Made by a program: the position numbers and the translations under genes. Under the pieces are notes generated by a model. The model did no database searches, was not told the DNA's origin, and was given only the letters and a program-made list of their open reading frames with translations. From Moniliella sp. 'wahieum' (taxonomy: Eukaryota): a DNA stretch of 64,000 nt. This document shows, in pieces, positions 60,457 to 64,000 of the stretch (position 1 is its first letter; each line of letters opens with the position of its first letter). Location: the NCBI GenBank assembly GCA_003971905.1, contig RSEE01000067.1:1-64000 (forward strand), in the 5' to 3' direction.

Positions 60457-63400
60457 TCAGTCTCGCTCGACACGACTGTGGCCCGGGTGGCGGTGGAAGC
60501 ACTGCGAAGCGCGCGGCGCCCTGCGGCCCATCCAGTACCCTCTCTGATCGGGAAGGAGCAGCAGCACCCTCTGTTGCTAGTGGCTGGGCAGATGAAGGCG
60601 GCTGCGATGGGGGTAAGCTCGGCTGGCCAGTCCCAGTCGAGTCGGGTTCGACTGCAGCTGCCAGGGAAGAAAGTGTCCCTCTTGGGGGACGAACGACGGA
60701 GAAGACGGGCGTGGTGGTGGACTCTGGCACGATGGGCGCCGTCTCTCTCATCTCTTCTGGCTCACGCGCAGCTGCGGCGCGAGGGGAACCGAACCGATGC
60801 AACAGGCTCCACTTGGGCTTGGACAGGTTGGCTGCGCTATGCGCCGCTGGTGCGGCCCCGAGTCCATATTCCTCTTCGTCGGACGAAGTGAGCGACTCGG
60901 TGTCCGAATCTACTGGCACACGGCGCCACCACAGGCCTCGGCCAAATCGGGTGCGTCCACGGTCGTGGGACGAAATAGTGGACTGGCCAGCAAACCCGGT
61001 CGGGCCATAGGGTGCAGCGGCTTGGTCCGTGGCACGGCGACCACCCAGTCGGACAAAGCCGCGAGCAGCGCTGGTCTCGGCTTGGTCCACGTCGCCGCGC
61101 AGGGGAGGGGGGCGGCCATGATGCCCCCTTCCTCGGTCGGTTCCGAAGCAAAGTAGGACGCATACGCACCCGAGGCGTGGTCCGTCGCAGTCGTCTGAGC
61201 ACCCATCAACGTCATGCTGAGCGTTCGGCTTCGTGCTGGGCAGCGGGGGACTTGGTCTGTTTAGCATGGGACACTAGGCGGGTTTTGTACGTGCGGCGAC
61301 GGATGCGGTGCACCGCGCCGCCCAAACCTGTGTTGCGAGAAGACTTGGAATCGTCAAACGACACTTTCCACCCAAATCCGTACCATGGCCTCCACCAGCT
61401 TGGCCAACAACAGCAAACCAAACCCGACCGCCACAATGGCTTGGATGAGCAGCAGAACGTAGGTGATCCACCACCGTGCGGGCGCGGACAGGTTGACCAG
61501 CGGACTCAGAAGCAAGATCAGCACCGCTGTCGCGATCCGGGCTACGCTCCAGACAAACTGAGCGGGGCCATGACCGCCCCTTCGCCCCAGGGGAGCCAGA
61601 AAATGTAAGCGAGGGCCAAGAGGATCTCAAAAACGAGCACGAGGATCGCTTGCGCAGACCCACTCTGTTGTCCCGCGCCAATGACAATGCCCAAGACGAG
61701 CGAGTGGGCGAAGGGGATGAGTGGAAAGAGACGCGAGGTGGGGTCGTAATAGTTGTACAAGGGTCCATAACTCAGAAGCAGCTGCTTGTCGGACCACAAC
61801 GACGCAGCATCGTGGGTGCACAACCGCCATAGTACTACCCCCGGCGCTAGGACGCAAAAGAAGGCAAAGGAGAGAGCAGCACAAGCCGTAGTGCCAGGGT
61901 GGGAGGAGGCAAAGGTACTAAAATGATACACACTCATGATTGTCAGCGGCAAGTGGAACAAGATCAAGAGGCGCAACAGGTTACCCACGTAGGCATTGAT
62001 GTGGGAGCCAAAGATCTGTTGCAGCCTCTGGTTAACAGTGCCCTGGCCTACTTCTCCCTTTTCCGTCTGGTCCGCAGCCTCGCTGAGGGTAAACGAGAAG
62101 CCTTCGTCGCTGTGGTGCCGGTACAGGTAGCGGGTGTGGCCCATGTCGATCATCCAAACCGCCACGCTGACAATCGTCACGGCGCCCACCATGATGAGCC
62201 AGATGGCTGTCGTGGTGCCAAACACGTCCACGGCTCGCAGGCCCAGCATGTGGGCATAGCTTTCCATCCCATGCAAGGAACCGTTGAGGTTGAGGAGCGT
62301 GTTGGGCGTCTGTGTGTCGAGGTAGAGCGGACTGGAGGTGTTGGAGGTCATTTGGGTGGCAAAGTCTGGCGAGCCGGCCGAGGTAGCAGGAAGAAAGGCA
62401 TTGCTACTTGTTACCTGCAACCGGTCCACTCCACTCGGCTGCACGAGTGTCACGTTGCCCAAGAGCGAGGCCCACGCCGTCTGGCGAAAGTAAGGGTACA
62501 CAAACTCGGGCCACCGCACCGCCATCATGCCCAAAACACTGACAAACTGCAGATAGAGCAATACGTCGGCAAAGCCCGGGGTCACAAAGCGCAGCAGAGC
62601 AGGACTCTGGATCACCGAATCGCCGCCCAACCCACCTGTCATGGTCGGGCCCACCTTGTCCTTCCAAAGTTGGGCTCTCCCCCGGGCCGGGCCTTGTGTT
62701 TGAAGGCGAGGGTACGGAGCGTGATCGACGTGGCTGCTCGCGAGACGGCGGCCAAGACAAAGTAGGCAATCACCAGCGCAGCGGGCAGCCAGAGGAACAA
62801 ATCCCAGTACCACCCATGCTTCGTATAGGGTGACACGGCCACGTTGATGCAGCTGATCGTCCGGGCCGGCGTGGAAGAATCGCTGATGCGGATGCGCGTT
62901 TGGAGCGAGCCGAGGACGTACTCGTGCTCCAGCGGCACCGACACACCAAAAGCGACTTGGCCCGGTCCGTAGCTGCACGACTTGTACTGCCCGGCCAAAG
63001 GGTGGCCATTGTCGGGACCAACAGGCCAGAGGCGGTCACATACACTCTCCAGTTTGTCGGCCACAGGGAAAGTGAGAAAGGTGGAGTCCGTCTCTACCGA
63101 ACCTGTGTGTGTGTGGGGAGGTCAGCGGGATGCTCCCTTGAGGAGAAGCGGGAGCGGTACGCACTAACGAGGTGGGAACCGTTCTTGACTGCATTCGTCA
63201 AGGCATTCACGGCGCCAAGGGCAACAATCTTGAGTTCCCCGCGGGCGGGAGAACCAGGGGTATGGTTGGAAGGGTTGATGTGGGCAAAGACGGCAGAGAC
63301 GTTGATGCGTGCGTCGGGGGCTACGTTCTGGCTGGCTTGGAGGTCGCATGCGGAAAAGGAGATGTCGGTGGTGTGTCGGTTGTGGCGTCCGCCGGCAACG

Positions 63401-63719
63401 GTGCGGTTGCCATCGGTCGAGTAGGGCGCTTTGAACAGCCACGGCTCGCTCTGGTTGGTGAAGGAGAGGGTGGGGATATGGGGTGTGGCGTCGGCGCCGG
63501 AGCCGAGGGGGCGGAGGCGTGGCCGATGGTGGTGTTGCTGCCTTGCAAGCCGCCGTTCTGCTGGCGGGGGAGGAGGGGCGGGGGGGGCTGGGTAAGCGTG
63601 CCTGCTGCGCAGAGGCACACAGCGCCCCAAAACGCACCAACAGCAGCAAGCGCAACATGCGCCCGGCAACGCCGACGACGCCGACGGCTGCTGGTTAGGA
63701 CGGCGGACGCAGGGGCCAT
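60457..63719 (-). CDS. FLC/TRP-like (Pkd2-family) multi-pass membrane protein with ML-like luminal domain; intron 63103-63164
   Basis: A signal/anchor is followed by an ML-like region (ISFSAC...RINVSAVFA...GPGQVAFGVSVPL...TISCINVAVSP). The TRP region shows TPGFADVLLYLQF...MMAVRWPEFVYP...AWASL and YGPLYNYY, with many TM helices. 3' end approximate (the last ORF runs to 59930). Confidence 0.85.
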
Positions 63720-64000
63720 GGCGGCGAGGCCAGGCGGAAGGCGCGCGGGGGAGGGCGTCTGCGAGAGAAGCGGAGGTGCGGAGGGGAGGGCAGCTGGGCC
63801 AGGAGGCAGTGCCTCGCAGTGCACCACACGCCTCATTAAAATTGCGGCAATTGAGCTCGCCCGGCACAACCGCACCCCGCCTGGCCCCTCCCCAGCAGGC
63901 GGTGCAAGCGGCAGGAGACAGCAGCAGCGCAGCCCGAGCACTCGGCAAGTGTGCGCCCACCGTGTGCCCCCGTGCCTGGGCCGCGTTCTCTGCCCTGCCT

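Noticed and set aside
1..64000. Programmed frameshifting or wholesale pseudogenisation as the cause of the split ORFs
   Set aside because: Indels hit a tRNA and core genes alike, with no recurrent slippery motif and high residue conservation. Sequencing error is simpler.

Overview
Eukaryotic, GC-rich, intron-poor fungal DNA, most consistent with a basidiomycete; an Ustilaginomycotina-like identity is my inference. It has short GT-AG introns with CTRAC branch points. Recognisable genes in order are: NCBP3-like, a large orphan with a mitochondrial-type N-terminus, metacaspase, YCF1/MRP-type ABCC transporter, a Ser/Thr-rich single-pass membrane protein, a scrambled Nab2-type CCCH gene, ATG4, a BUR1/CDK9-like kinase, RPL42 (eL42), intron-containing tRNA-Ser(GCT), DBF4, intron-containing tRNA-Tyr(GTA), glycogen phosphorylase, flavocytochrome b2 ending in a PTS1, a WS/DGAT wax-ester synthase, a class III-type chitin synthase, an RCR-like PPxY membrane protein and an FLC/TRP-like protein. 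Almost every gene, including a ribosomal protein gene and a tRNA, carries 1-nt indels, which points to an unpolished long-read consensus, so many CDS ends are approximate. The most unusual unexplained signal is non-coding. Many intergenic tandem arrays with different sequences share one grammar, T(C/G)A triplets spaced 7 bp apart, usually with palindromic 4-nt spacers. There is also a diverged ~400-bp direct repeat pair at ~20.0 and ~22.5 kb. No CRISPR, rRNA or intact transposon was found.
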